From Macrostomum lignano (taxonomy: Eukaryota), in the NCBI GenBank assembly GCA_002269645.1, contig NIVC01003827.1, positions 10,906-74,905 of the forward strand: a stretch of DNA of 64,000 nucleotides, in the 5' to 3' direction. The notes below the pieces were generated by a model. The model made no database searches. It worked only from the letters and a program-made list of their open reading frames with translations, and was not told the origin of the DNA. Shown here in pieces: positions 34,570 to 47,767 of this stretch; the first letter of the stretch is position 1, and each line of letters begins with the position of its first letter. Made by a program: the position numbers and the translations under genes.

Positions 34570-36140
34570 ATTGATAAACACACTAGAGATTGATAAACAC
34601 ACTAGAGATTGATAAACACACTAGAGATTGATAAACACACTAGAGATTGATAAACACACTAGAGATTGATAAACACACTAGAGATTGATAAACACACTAG
34701 AGATTGATAAACACACTAGAGATTGATAAACACACTAGAGATTGATAAACACACTAGAGATTGATAAACACTCTAGAGATTGATAAGCACACTAGAGATT
34801 GATAAACACACTAGAGATTGATAAACACACTAGAGATTGATAAACACACTAGAGATTGATAAACACACTAGAGATTGATAAACACACTAGAGATTGATAA
34901 ACACACTAGAGATTGATAAACACACTAGAGATTGATAAACACACTAGAGATTGATAAACACACTAGAGATTGATAAACACTCTAGAGATTGATAAACACT
35001 CTAGAGATTGATAAACACACTAGAGATTGATAAACACACTAGAGATTGATAAACACTCTAGAGATTGATAAGCACACTAGAGATTGATAAACACACTAGA
35101 GATTGATAAACACACTAGAGATTGATAAACACACTAGAGATTGATAAACACACTAGAGATTGATAAACACACTAGAGATTGATAAACACACTAGAGATTG
35201 ATAAACACACTAGAGATTGATAAACACACTAGAGATTGATAAACACACTAGAGATTGATAAACACACTAGAGATTGATAAACACACTAGAGATTGATAAA
35301 CACACTAGAGATTGATAAACACTCTAGAGATTGATAAACACTCTAGAGATTGATAAACACACTAGAGATTGATAAACACACTAGAGATTGATAAACACTC
35401 TAGAGATTGATAAACACTCTAGAGATTGATAAGCACACTAGAGATTGATAAACACACTAGAGATTGATAAACACACTAGAGATTGATAAACACACTAGAG
35501 ATTGATAAACACACTAGAGATTGATAAACACACTAGAGATTGATAAACACACTAGAGATTGATAAACACACTAGAGATTGATAAACACACTAGAGATTGA
35601 TAAACACACTAGAGATTGATAAACACTCTAGAGATTGATAAACACTCTAGAGATTGATAAACACACTAGAGATTGATAAACACACTAGAGATTGATAAAC
35701 ACTCTAGAGATTGATAAACACTCTAGAGATTGATAAGCACACTAGAGATTGATAAACACACTAGAGATTGATAAACACACTAGAGATTGATAAACACACT
35801 AGAGATTGATAAACACACTAGAGATTGATAAACACACTAGAGATTGATAAACACACTAGAGATTGATAAACACACTAGAGATTGATAAACACACTAGAGA
35901 TTGATAAACACACTAGAGATTGATAAACACACTAGAGATTGATAAACACACTAGAGATTGATAAACACACTAGAGATTGATAAACACACTAGAGATTGAT
36001 AAACACACTAGAGATTGATAAACACACTAGAGATTGATAAACACACTAGAGATTGATAAACACACTAGAGATTGATAAACACACTAGAGATTGATAAACA
36101 CACTAGAGATTGATAAACACACTAGAGATTGATAAACACA
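34570..36140. repeat. 19-bp minisatellite CTAGAGATTGATAAACACA, about 82 copies
   Basis: ctagag at 34621 and 34640; near-perfect. Confidence 0.98.
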
Positions 36141-36518
36141 CAAGATGCATCCAATTTCCAGAGTCAGTTAATGGCTGATTTTACAGCTCTGGCCGCAGTT
36201 GCAATTTGATTTAAAGCTCAGTGGGGGGGGGCAAGCCGGAGCTGAAGACTGAGTGAGGCAGGCCATGGGGGGCCGATGTTAGTGCTCATATCTCATGGCT
36301 GCCATAGCTGGGAGTGAATGGGAGGAGCAGAGCTCGAGATTGAGCAGCATCTCCCACCTCGGCCTCGGGGAATCCCCAAGCGGGCTGGTGCTAAAAAACA
36401 TCTCGGCAAATTTCGCCCCTTTGACTCCGGCCGCCCTGCCTGCCCTCTGCTCGCGGAATTCTTGAAATATTTTCGTCTCTGCTCTCGATTTTATGAGTTT
36501 TCGACCGCAGCTTTGCAC

Positions 36519-37049
36519 AGAGGCGCCAGCACCAGAGGCGCCAGCACCAGAGGCGCCAGCACCAGAGGCGCCAGCACCAGAGGCGCCAGCACCAGAGGCG
36601 CCAGCACCAGAGGCGCCAGCACCAGAGGCGCCAGCACCAGAGGCGCCAGCACCAGAGGCGCCAGCACCAGAGGCGCCAGCACCAGAGGCGCCAGCACCAG
36701 AGGCGCCAGCACCAGAGGCGCCAGCACCAGAGGCGCCAGCACCAGAGGCGCCAGCACCAGAGGCGCCAGCACCAGAGGCGCCAGCACCAGAGGCGCCAGC
36801 ACCAGAGGCGCCAGCACCAGAGGCGCCAGCACCAGAGGCGCCAGCACCAGAGGCGCCAGCACCAGAGGCGCCAGCACCAGAGGCGCCAGCACCAGAGGCG
36901 CCAGCACCAGAGGCGCCAGCACCAGAGGCGCCAGCACCAGAGGCGCCAGCACCAGAGGCGCCAGCACCAGAGGCGCCAGCACCAGAGGCGCCAGCACCAG
37001 AGGCGCCAGCACCAGAGGCGCCAGCACCAGAGGCGCCAGCACCAGAGGC
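36519..37049. repeat. Perfect 15-bp minisatellite CCAGAGGCGCCAGCA, about 35 copies
   Basis: Same unit and orientation as 12535-13239. Confidence 0.98.
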
Positions 37050-38414
37050 TCCAGGAGTTGCAGAAATTTCACTAATGCTGTAATTGGCTCACACCTGGAC
37101 ACCTACATACGCGTGGGGCGATGTTTCTCGCAGTTTCCAGCTAGTGGCAACAAATTATCTTAGAAAAGAGCATGCTTAGGCCAATCAAATTCTGCTCATA
37201 ACTTGCCCTAAACTGGCTTTTTAGGCTGATATAAAAGCTACGAATTATAATCCAATAAGTACAAGTGCATTTCTAGGAAAGTCCATAAATTGTCGTGTAG
37301 CGATCGAGGACAACCTGAGTCGGCCAGGCCGGGACTTGTAGGACAATGAAATCCGAGTGGCATTGATAAGGGGATACAGAAATGGGGGAGAGGAAGCGCG
37401 GAGGACCGGGTCCCAACAGCTGCTACAGAAGCCTCTCTTGCCTCACTGTCCGAGACTCTTCCGCTGTTCCATTGCTGAGCACACGGCAATCAATTCCCCC
37501 GATCCCCAATTCCGACTCCCAATTCGAAAGCCATTTCTGAGCAGCCCTGACCAGCAGCTCAGGACCTGGCGGTGTTCGCGGACAAGCATTTAAAAGGCTT
37601 TAATAAAACCCCGCTGCCACTTCAGGCGGGTCCCCGAAGCAGTTTCTCCAAATTTTAGGCGCCAATTTCTGAACTCATATTCGCCTGCGACAGACGGGAT
37701 CGAGAGACGGTTGGAGGGCGGTTGGCAGAGAAGAGAAATTTTCACGACAAACTTCTTCCGCCGCAAAAATTGTCGATAGCAACAACTTTATTTGCCCGAC
37801 AGCGGTTGCCGGGGAAATAAAAAAATAGAGACAGAGTTAGAGAGATTTCTCGGCAAACGAAGGAAGCGAACCAGAGAGAGAGAGAGAGAGACTGCAGCCA
37901 CCGCCTGCTCCATCAATTCTTAATCAGCTCACTGCGAACTGCAACTCCGATCCCCCTGGAACCGGGCAGTTTCAGCCCGAACTCCCCAGGGGGAGCGCCG
38001 GGATTCCACTTTGAACTTTGAGGCCGCGCCACTCGAGAAATTCGCGGGCTATCGGGGAGAGGCCGGACTCGAGTCCCAGCGGCTGAGCTGTCTGCCAGTG
38101 AAAATGTTATTTACGATACATATCGGCTAACTGGCTTGCGTGCACGAAAGTTATCCGGTTGGGTTGAGGTGTGACTCACAGCCATGAGGGCATGTCTGAG
38201 TGCAGTATTGGTGCGCTTGTGTGCTCGGAGTCAGCGGAATGAGCAGCTTGAAGGACTTAAGATTGCAGATTTTCCTCAGCATTGCCTCCCCAGTTCGCTT
38301 TGACAGGCTGGGCCTAAATATTGCACCTGCCTGTTAGTTGCTTTTGGGTGCTTCCTAAATTTGGTTTGCTTAAATATTTGTTGACTTGCCTCTCAGGTAC
38401 TCTGTCCTCATCAT

Positions 38415-39222
38415 ATCTATTCTCACCCAATTTATTCTCACCATAGCCATTCTCACCTAATCTATTCTCACCCTATCTATTCTCACCATATCCATTCTCA
38501 CCCAACCTATTCTCACCATATCCATTCTCACCCAATCTATTCTCACCCAATCTATTCTCACCATATCTATTCTCACCCAATCTATTCTCACCCAATCTAT
38601 TCTCACCAAATCCATTCTCACCCAATCTATTCTCACCCAATCTATTCTCACCATATCTACTCCCACCCAACCTTATTCTCACCATATCTATTCTCACCTA
38701 ATCTATTCTCACCATATCCATTCTCACCCAATCTATTCTCACCCTATCTACTCCCACCCAATCTATTCTCACCCTATCTACTCCCACCCAATCTATTCTC
38801 ACCCAATCTATTCTCACCCAATCTATTCTCACCCAATCTATTCTCACCCAATCTATTCTCACCCAATCTATTCTCACCATATCTACTCCCACCCAATCTA
38901 TTCTCATCATATCCATTCTCACCCAACCTATTCTCACCCAATCTATTCTCACCCAATCTATTCTCACCCTATCTACTCCCATTCAACCTATTCTCACCCT
39001 ATCTACTCCCACCCAATCTATTCTCACCATATCCATTCTCACCCAACCTATTCTCACCATATCTACTCCCACCCAATCTATTCTCACCATATCCATTCTC
39101 ACCCAACCTATTCTCACCATATCTACTCCCACCCAATCTATTCTCATCATATCTATTCTCACCCAACCTATTCTCACCATATCTACTCCCACCCAACCTA
39201 TTCTCACCATATCTACTCTCAC
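38415..39222. repeat. 15-bp minisatellite TCTATTCTCACCCAA and variants
   Basis: 5-aa periodic ORFs (RIDWV, GENRL) on the minus strand. Confidence 0.95.
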
Positions 39223-39327
39223 CCGAGTGTCGGTAGGATTTTGAGTCTACCTTTTGGTCCTTTCCCTCCTCTCTCATGGCCATAGCCAGTTTCTACACGC
39301 CATCAGCGACCCCCTCCGCAGCCTCAC

Positions 39328-39522
39328 CTCCAGGTTGTCGAACATGGTGTCCACATTTTCAGTCCGTCGATTCCATCGAACTCCCCGAACTCCGCCGCCT
39401 CCGCCGCTGCCTCCTCCGCCGCCGCCGGCTCCGCTGCCGAGCTGACGACCTTCCGAGAGGTGCTGGTGGTGGTGGTGGCCCAGCTGCTGGCCGCCAACCA
39501 CCGTGGCTCGGGTTGCAAACAT
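39328..39522 (-). CDS. Candidate alternative first coding exon 1b of the DPP gene (MFATRATVVGGQQLGHHHHQH..G-rich..TMFDNLE)
   Basis: 65 codons from ATG 39522, donor GAG|GTGAGG in phase 0, GC-rich coding-like composition. Confidence 0.65.
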
Positions 39523-40084
39523 TGTGCCCGTCTGCCTGCCCACTGCCTGCCGTCACCGCAAGCGGCAGTTTGCCATTTTTGTCCGCCCTGCCTGCCCTCC
39601 ACTTGTCCGCAGCCACCCCCCCCCCGATTCCGCAATCCAATCCTCATGCACTCGCCTCACAGCCTGGCCATTTTTTCAACTCTGCAGCATAAATTTCTAT
39701 CATAAAATTCTTTTCTTGCCTACTAATAGTAGCTGAAAATCCACATGGAAATGTTTTTCAAGAATAACGAATGGCGCTGTAAGGACTGGAGGGATTAGAA
39801 ATATTCGCAGAGTGCACACCTGGGCATTCTTCACTCTGTTAATTCCCTCTGAGCACAGTTTATCTTCCCCTGATCCCACAGGGCCGGACATTGGTTATAA
39901 TTGAAATTCCGGATAGCAGAGAGAACTGAAATCTGTAGCGATAGGCAAACAGGGGGTGAGGAGGGGAGCGGCTCTGAGAGTTGCAAAACGGCCCCGAGAA
40001 ATGCTGCTCTGCTTTGTCTGACCTGATGAATTAGAAAAACGGCTGAGTGCCTTTCGAATACTTGAATAAAGATTTCAATTTAAT

Positions 40085-41385
40085 CATCTATGCCTGTCTA
40101 TCTCTGCCTATGCCTGTCTATCTCTGTCTATCTCTGTCTATCTCTGCCTATGCCTGTCTATCTCTGTCTATCCCCGTCTATCCCTGTCTATCCCTGCCTA
40201 TCCCTGTCTATCCCTGTATATCCCTGTCTATCCCTGTCTATCCCTCTCTATCCCTGTCTATCCCTGTCTATCCCTGTCTATCCCTGTCTATCCCTGTCTA
40301 TCCCTGTCTATCCCTGTCTATCCCTGTCTATCCCTGTGTATCCCTGTCTATCCCTGTCTATCCCTGTCTATCCCTGTCTATCCCTGTCTATCCCTGTCTA
40401 TCCCTGTCTATCCCTGTCTATCCCTGTCTATCCCTGTCTATCCCTGTCTATCCCTGTCTATCCCTGTCTATCCCTGTCTATCCCTGTCTATCCCTGTCTA
40501 TCCCTGTCTATCCCTGTCTATCCCTGTCTATCCCTGTCTATCCCTGTCTATCCCTGTCTATCCCTGTCTATCCTCGTCTATCCCCGTCTATCCCTGTCTA
40601 TCCCTGTCTATCCCTGTCTATCCCCGTCTATCCCTGTCTATCCCTGTCTATCCCTGTATATCCCTGTCTATCCCTGTCTATACCTGTCTATCCCTGTATA
40701 TCCCTGTCTATCCCTGTGTATCCCTGTGTATCCCTGTCTATCCCTGTCTATCCCTGTATATCCCTGTCTATCCCTGTCTATCCCTGTGTATCCCTGTCTA
40801 TCCCTGTCTATCCCTGTCTATCCCTGTCTATCCCTGTCTATCCCTGTCTATCCCTGTCTATCCCCGTCTATCCCTGTCTATCCCTGTCTATCCCTGTATA
40901 TCCCTGTCTATCCCTGTCTATACCTGTCTATCCCTGTATATCCCTGTCTATCCCTGTGTATCCCTGTGTATCCCTGTCTATCCCTGTCTATCCCTGTATA
41001 TCCCTGTCTATCCCTGTCTATCCCTGTGTATCCCTGTCTATCCCTGTCTATCCCTGTCTATCCCTGTCTATCCCTGTCTATCCCTGTCTATCCCTGTCTA
41101 TCCCCGTCTATCCCTGTCTATCCCTGTGTATCCCTGTGTATCCCTGTCTATCCCTGTCTATCCCTGTATATCCCTGTCTATCCCTGTCTATCCCTGTGTA
41201 TCCCTGTCTATCCCTGTCTATCCCTGTCTATCTCTGTCTATCTCTGTCTATCTCTGTCTATCTCTGTCTATCCCTGTCTATCCCTGTCTATCTCTGTCTA
41301 TCTCTGTCTATCTCTGTCTATCTCTGTCTATCTCTGTCTATCTCTGTCTATCCCTGTCTATCCCTGTCTATCCCTGTCTATTCCA
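40085..41385. repeat. 10-bp satellite TCCCTGTCTA, about 130 copies, with a 240-bp internal duplication
   Basis: Rare variant tacctgtcta at 40681 and 40921. Confidence 0.98.
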
Positions 41386-41977
41386 GTTTATCTCAGTTTG
41401 CACTTGTTTATCTCATTTAATGCCAGTTTATCTCATTACAGTTGAACTCAGTTGCAATGCGAGAAAGGCAGATGGCAGACTACAGGATCTGCAGCGGAGC
41501 AGCTGAGTCTGCTACTCAGACTTATCTGAGGAACTTTATTTATCCCCATTTGAGATCTGAGGCGCAGATCTGGGACAAGCTCTGCCGCTTGCCCCACTCA
41601 ATAAATTAGCTGGCTTTGACAGCGGGCTGCCCCAGCAACCACCGGTCTTAGCTGGGACCGATTTCGCACCTTCAAGCCGAGCTTATCATGAATAAACTGC
41701 ATTAAGAGAGAATTTCAGACTCGTGCTAGAAAATTGATCCGGGGCTTGGCTTGGTTCCACGCAAACTCGTGAGAGCAAAACTTCAAGGCTCATTGTGCGT
41801 CTTTCACCGATGAGAAAGCCGGGGCCGCTGTACACCCTCTGTGAGCGTGAGCCTGTGGACAGCACCAATGTGGGTGCTCAGGGGTCAGCGAAATGAGATG
41901 GGCATGGCTGCTTGGCTCTTTGCTGGCTGCGGGCCCACTGTCGACTTCCTTGACTTGCGGCAGCGCCCGAAGCCTTT

Positions 41978-42298
41978 AAGTCACGTGAGTTTCATTTTGA
42001 AGAGAATTTTCAAGTCACGTGACTTTCATTTTGAGGGAGTTTTCAAGTCACGTGACTTCCATTTTTGAGAGAATTCTCAAATCACGTGACTTCCATTTTC
42101 GAGGGAGTTTTCAAGTCACGAGACTTTCATTTTTGAGAGAATTCTCAAATCACGTGACTTCCATTTTCGAGGGAGTTTTCAAGTCACGTGACTTTCATTT
42201 TTGAGAGAATTCTCAAATCACGTGACTTCTATTTTCGAGGGAATTTTCAAGTCACGTGACTTTCATTTTAGAGAGTAATTTTCAAATCACGTGACTCA
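41978..42298. repeat. 33-34-bp tandem repeat, about 10 copies, centred on the palindromic E-box (G/A)TCACGTGAC
   Basis: TCACGTGA at about 41980, 42016, 42047, 42081, 42149, 42184, 42217, 42252, 42287; one unit degenerate (TCACGAGA). Confidence 0.9.
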
Positions 42299-42574
42299 CG
42301 AAAAATAAAGATATTTTTAACTTTTCTCTCTGGTGAAGACAAGTCTCTTGCTTTTTCCTAATCTGAGGAATTTAGGTAAAACATCACATGACCTCGAGTT
42401 CTCAAAGCGTTCGAGGTCAAATTGTACCGATGCTACAAGCCAATTTAGCTTCGAAGGTGTATCTAATCTGTCTGAAAAGTAGCAACAGGAAGATAAGAAA
42501 CCACAGCTGTGACGCCAAAAAATCTCAATCAGAGATGTGACTTTGATGTGACTTTGATCACACTTCTACGACTG

Positions 42575-45160
42575 GATAGAGGCGCCAGATCGGGGAACTG
42601 ACAGAGGCGCCAGATCGGGGAACTGACAGAGGCGCCAAATCGGGGAACTGATAGAGGCGCCAGATCAGGGAACTGACAGAGGCGCCAAATCGGGGAACTG
42701 ATAGAGGCGCCAAATCGGGGAACTGATAGAGGCGCCAAATCGGGGAACTGACAGAGGCGCCAGATCGGGGAACTGACAGAGGCGCCAGATCGGGGAACTG
42801 ATAGAGGCGCCAGATCGGGGAACTGACAGAGGCGCCAGATCAGGGAACTGACAGAGGCGCCAAATCGGGGAGCTGATAGAGGCGCCAAATCGGGGAACTG
42901 ATAGAGGCGCCAAATCGGGGAACTGACAGAGGCGCCAGATCGGGGAACTGATAGAGGCGCCAGATCGGGGAACTGACAGAGGCGCCAGATCGGGGAACTG
43001 ACAGAGGCGCCAGATCGGGGAACTGATAGAGGCGCCAGATCGGGGAACTGACAGAGGTGCCAAATCGGGGAACTGATAGAGGCGCCAAATCGGGGAACTG
43101 ATAGAGGCGCCAAATCGGGGAACTGACAGAGGCGCCAGATCGGGGAACTGACAGAGGTGCCAAATCGGGGAACTGATAGAGGCGCCAAATCGGGGAACTG
43201 ATAGAGGCGCCAAATCGGGGAACTGACAGAGGCGCCAGATCGGGGAACTGACAGAGGCGCCAGATCGAGGAACTGATAGAGGCGCCAAATCGGGGAACTG
43301 ATAGAGGCGCCAAATCGGGGAACTGATAGAGGCGCCAAATCGGGGAACTGACAGAGGCGCCAGATCGAGGAACTGATAGAGGCGCCAAATCGGGGAACTG
43401 ACAGAGGCGCCAGATCGGGGAACTGACAGAGGCGCCAGATCGAGGAACTGATAGAGGCGCCAAATCGGGGAACTGATAGAGGCGCCAGATCGGGGAACTG
43501 ATAGAGGCGCCAGATCGGGGAACTGATAGAGGCGCCAGATCGGGGAACTGATAGAGGCGCCAGATCGGGGAACTGATAGAGGTGCCAGATCGGGGAACTG
43601 ATAGAGGCGCCAGATCGGGGAACTGACAGAGGTGCCAGATCGGGGAACTGATAGAGGCGCCAGATCGGGGAACTGATAAAGGCGCCAGATCGGGGAACTG
43701 ATAGAGGTGCCAGATCAGGGAACTGATAGAGGCGCCAGATCGGGGAACTGACAGAGGTGCCAGATCAGGGAACTGATAGAGGCGCCAGATCGGGAAACTG
43801 ACAGAGGTGCCAGATCGGGGAACTGATAGAGGCGCTAAATCGGGGAACTGACAGAGGTGCCAGAGCAGGGAACTGATAGAGGCGCCAGATCGGGGAACTG
43901 ACAGAGGTGCCAGATCAGGGAACTGATAGAGGCGCCAGATCGGGGAACTGACAGAGGCGCCAGATCGGGGAACTGATAGAGGCGCCAGATCGGGGAACTG
44001 ACAGAGGCGCCAGATCAGGGAACTGACAGAGGCGCCAAATCGGGGAGCTGATAGAGGCGCCAAATCGGGGAACTGATAGAGGCGCCAAATCGGGGAACTG
44101 ACAGAGGCGCCAGATCGGGGAACTGATAGAGGCGCCAGATCGGGGAACTGACAGAGGCGCCAGATCGGGGAACTGACAGAGGCGCCAGATCGGGGAACTG
44201 ATAGAGGCGCCAGATCGGGGAACTGACAGAGGTGCCAAATCGGGGAACTGATAGAGGCGCCAAATCGGGGAACTGATAGAGGCGCCAAATCGGGGAACTG
44301 ACAGAGGCGCCAGATCGGGGAACTGACAGAGGTGCCAAATCGGGGAACTGATAGAGGCGCCAAATCGGGGAACTGATAGAGGCGCCAAATCGGGGAACTG
44401 ACAGAGGCGCCAGATCGGGGAACTGACAGAGGCGCCAGATCGAGGAACTGATAGAGGCGCCAAATCGGGGAACTGATAGAGGCGCCAAATCGGGGAACTG
44501 ATAGAGGCGCCAAATCGGGGAACTGACAGAGGCGCCAGATCGAGGAACTGATAGAGGCGCCAAATCGGGGAACTGACAGAGGCGCCAGATCGGGGAACTG
44601 ACAGAGGCGCCAGATCGAGGAACTGATAGAGGCGCCAAATCGGGGAACTGATAGAGGCGCCAGATCGGGGAACTGATAGAGGCGCCAGATCGGGGAACTG
44701 ATAGAGGCGCCAGATCGGGGAACTGATAGAGGCGCCAGATCGGGAACTGATAGAGGTGCCAGATCGGGGAACTGATAGAGGCGCCAGATCGGGGAACTGA
44801 CAGAGGTGCCAGATCGGGGAACTGATAGAGGCGCCAGATCGGGGAACTGATAAAGGCGCCAGATCGGGGAACTGATAGAGGTGCCAGATCAGGGAACTGA
44901 TAGAGGCGCCAGATCGGGGAACTGACAGAGGTGCCAGATCAGGGAACTGATAGAGGCGCCAGATCGGGAAACTGACAGAGGTGCCAGATCGGGGAACTGA
45001 TAGAGGCGCTAAATCGGGGAACTGACAGAGGTGCCAGAGCAGGGAACTGATAGAGGCGCCAGATCGGGGAACTGACAGAGGTGCCAGATCAGGGAACTGA
45101 CAGAGGCGCCAGATCGGGGAACTGACAGAGGCGCCAGATCGGGGAACTGATAGAGGTGCC
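42575..45160. repeat. 25-bp minisatellite AGAGGCGCCA(G/A)ATCGGGGAACTGA(C/T), about 103 copies, with an approximately 1175-bp higher-order duplication
   Basis: Rare variant cagagcaggg at 43861 and 45035; ORFs starting at 43338 and 44513 begin with identical text. Confidence 0.97.
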
Positions 45161-45264
45161 ATTCGACTTTCGAGCTTAACCTCCAGACCACTTAAAAAAC
45201 TTCATCAGCAGTTGCGCCTCAGCCTCTAAAACTGCTTCATCAACGTTCACTCCATCAGCCTCAC

Positions 45265-45579
45265 CAGCTGTAGCAACTGCAGCTGCTGCTCCTGCACCTG
45301 CTTCCTCAGCAAGTCCTGCTGCCTCCGGCGTGCTGCCGTCTCCCGCATGGAGCACGCACTGCCGCTGCCGCTGCCGCCGACGCCTTCGCCGGCTCCTCCA
45401 GCGGCGCCGGTGCCGTCGACTGCCATCGTTGGCGTCGCCTCGCCGCCGTCGGCGCCCAGCGCGGCCGCCACGCTGCGCCTGAGCTGGCGCTGAAGCTGCG
45501 AGCTGCGCCGCTTCGCCAGCCGCCTGTCCTCGTCGTTGGCGTAGTCCTCGAACAGCGGGTCCGGGGGCCGCTCTGCCAT
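45265..45579 (-). CDS. Candidate alternative first coding exon 1c of the DPP gene (MAERPPDPLFEDYANDEDRRLAKRRSSQ..QEQQLQLLQL)
   Basis: 105 codons from ATG 45579, strong GC3 bias, donor CTG|GTGAGG in phase 0. Could instead belong to a separate gene. Confidence 0.6.
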
Positions 45580-46554
45580 CCGGGTGGCAGCAGCCAGACA
45601 GCCTGTCGCAGATCCCGCCAGATGCTCCCACCGGAAATTGCCTGTCCCTGGCCGCTCCGCCGTCAATCTTTGAGCCGGGCAGCTCAGAGAAATGTCACGC
45701 GCACAGCCGAGTCTGCTTTATCTCGGCTTGCTAAATCCATTCTCTTTACCTGCGAATCCAGGCCTCAATTACAATTGGTCCGAGGTTACCTGTGCCGCGC
45801 CGTATCCGGGATTGGCAGCGGTTCAGAGCCGCTGCCTTTCAGCCTCCGCCTCTCCTGTCATGAGCCGTCTCGGCCCGAACCCCCCTCCCCTATTCAGAAA
45901 TCCATTTTTTGCATCGCTCATGAAATTCTGCTTCATTCTTTCTCCCTCTAATTGTGTGCTGCTGCCAGCTCCCATCCCCTCAGCTCTCCGCCAGCTTTCA
46001 CTGTTGCCCCATTGTCTTCCGCTGCCTGCGCTCGGCAAAGGCCCGGCTCTGCCAAGCAGATTCAAATTAGGCCAGGAAGACTCTGCCTCCCCAAGGTTGC
46101 CCCGGACTCGATTCCGCCACGTGAGGCCACTTTTTTTCAATGAGACAGTCAGGGCCGCGTACACCCTGCATGAGCCTGTGCCTGCGTTGGGGCAGGGCCA
46201 ACCCCCCCCCCTGCGAAAGATGCATTCTGAGTTTGAAACCAAATAACTTCAATCTTCAAGCAACGTTGGGACTGAGGTTGCCTGGGGAACAGAATGGATG
46301 ATGCTGGAGTTGACAGGGCCAGGAGCTCTGCCTGCGGCTGTCAGCTGTAAATGACGAATGAGGCTGTAGAGGTTGGCCCGGCACGGGGCTATCAATATGG
46401 GCTGCCGTGCTGGCGACAGGGAGCGGGGAGGAGAGAGTTTTAGAATGTTTTGGGAGAAAGTCGGCGTAAAAAATCCAACACAGCGGCTCGGAGAGGGACG
46501 GAAGGAAAATTGACCGAAAATGTTTTCAATTCAGAAGGATGGGCAGTATGAGAT

Positions 46555-47290
46555 GAGAGTCAGATAAGGAAATTCAGACAAGGAGAGAGTCAGACAAAGA
46601 GAGAGTCAGACAAGGAGAGACAAGGAGAGAGCCAGACAAGAAGAGACTCAGACAAGAAGAGAGTCAGACAAGGAGAGAGTCAGACAAGAAGAGAGTCAGA
46701 CAAGGAGAGAGTCAGACAAGGAGAGAGGAGAGACAAGGAGAGAGTCAGACAAGAAGAGAGTCAGACAAGGAGAGAGTCAGACAAGGAGAGACAAGGAGAG
46801 AGTCAGACAAAGAGAGAGTCAGACAAGGAGAGAGAGTCAGACAAGTATAGAGTCAGACAAGGAGAGAGTCAGACAAGGAGAGACAAGGAGAGAGTCAGAC
46901 AAAGAGAGAGTCAGACAAGGAGAGAGTCAGACAAAGAGAGAGACAAGGAGAGACAAGGAGAGAGTCAGACAAAGAGAGAGTCAGACAAGGAGAGAGTCAG
47001 ACAAAGAGAGAGTCAGACAAGGAGAGAGTCAGACAAAGAGAGAGTCAGACAAGGAGAGAGTCAGACAAGGAGAGAGTCAGACAAAGAGAGAGTCAGACAA
47101 GGAGAGAGTCAGACAAGGAGAGACAAGGAGAGAGTCAGACAAGGAGAGACAAGGAGAGAGTCAGACAAAGAGAGAGTCAGACAAGAAGAGAGTCAGATGA
47201 GAAGAGAGTCAGACAAGGAGAGACAAGAGAGTCAGACAAGAAGAGAGTCAGACAAGGAGAGAGTCAGACAAGGAGAGAGTCAGACAAGGA
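46555..47290. repeat. Purine-rich 16-bp repeat AGAGTCAGACAAGGAG and variants
   Basis: Direct reading. Confidence 0.95.
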
Positions 47291-47625
47291 AAAATTAAGA
47301 TAAAATCGCGTCAGCTTGGATTTCATCAGCTGTCCGAAGCTGTCCATCCGTGTCTGAGCAAAGCCTATAAAATTGAACCGTTTTGTACAGCAGCTCAAAC
47401 AGCAGCTCAAATCAACAATCAATGCTTGAGACCAATCGATAAAAATATCTCCCACAGGGGAATCAGATTTCGTCAGCAGCTGGGAATTGGACAAAATGGA
47501 AAGATTTACAAACTCATTCTTCCTCTTATAAGTTTTTCATCAAACTGGAGCTTAAGAAAATATTTTAACTGTCCCGCCTGCTTTTACTGCAAGTAGGCCA
47601 GTGCGAATTTTGTCAGTCAGCTCAC

Positions 47626-47767
47626 CGCAAGCACATCGGGCGGAATGTCGTTAATATTGACGTTGTTCTTGCCTCGGCGCTTGCCGCGGTACGGAGAGGT
47701 GCCGCTTCGTTCGCCGCCTGCGCCTGATGAAGCGTACATGATGATGCCGGATGCTGCGGAGGTTGGC
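47626..47767 (-). CDS. Candidate alternative 5' exon 1d of the DPP gene (MYASSGAGGERSGTSPYRGKRRGKNNVNINDIPPDVLA)
   Basis: Acceptor TTTTCAG| at 47768/47767, ATG at 47739, 38 codons, donor GCG|GTGAGC in phase 0. Not in the ORF track. Confidence 0.6.

Noticed and set aside
36318-37163. (EAPAP)n / (RGAST)n / (LVLAP)n ORFs suggesting a mucin-like or antifreeze-like protein
   Set aside because: The 15-bp unit has no stop in these frames. The identical array at 12.5 kb has unrelated flanks, so it is a satellite, not a coding repeat.
38180-38185. Possible fifth DPP first exon ATGGCT|GTGAGT (Met-Ala, phase 0, minus strand)
   Set aside because: Phase-compatible, but six coding bases arise easily by chance and there is an upstream out-of-frame ATG. 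Needs cDNA.
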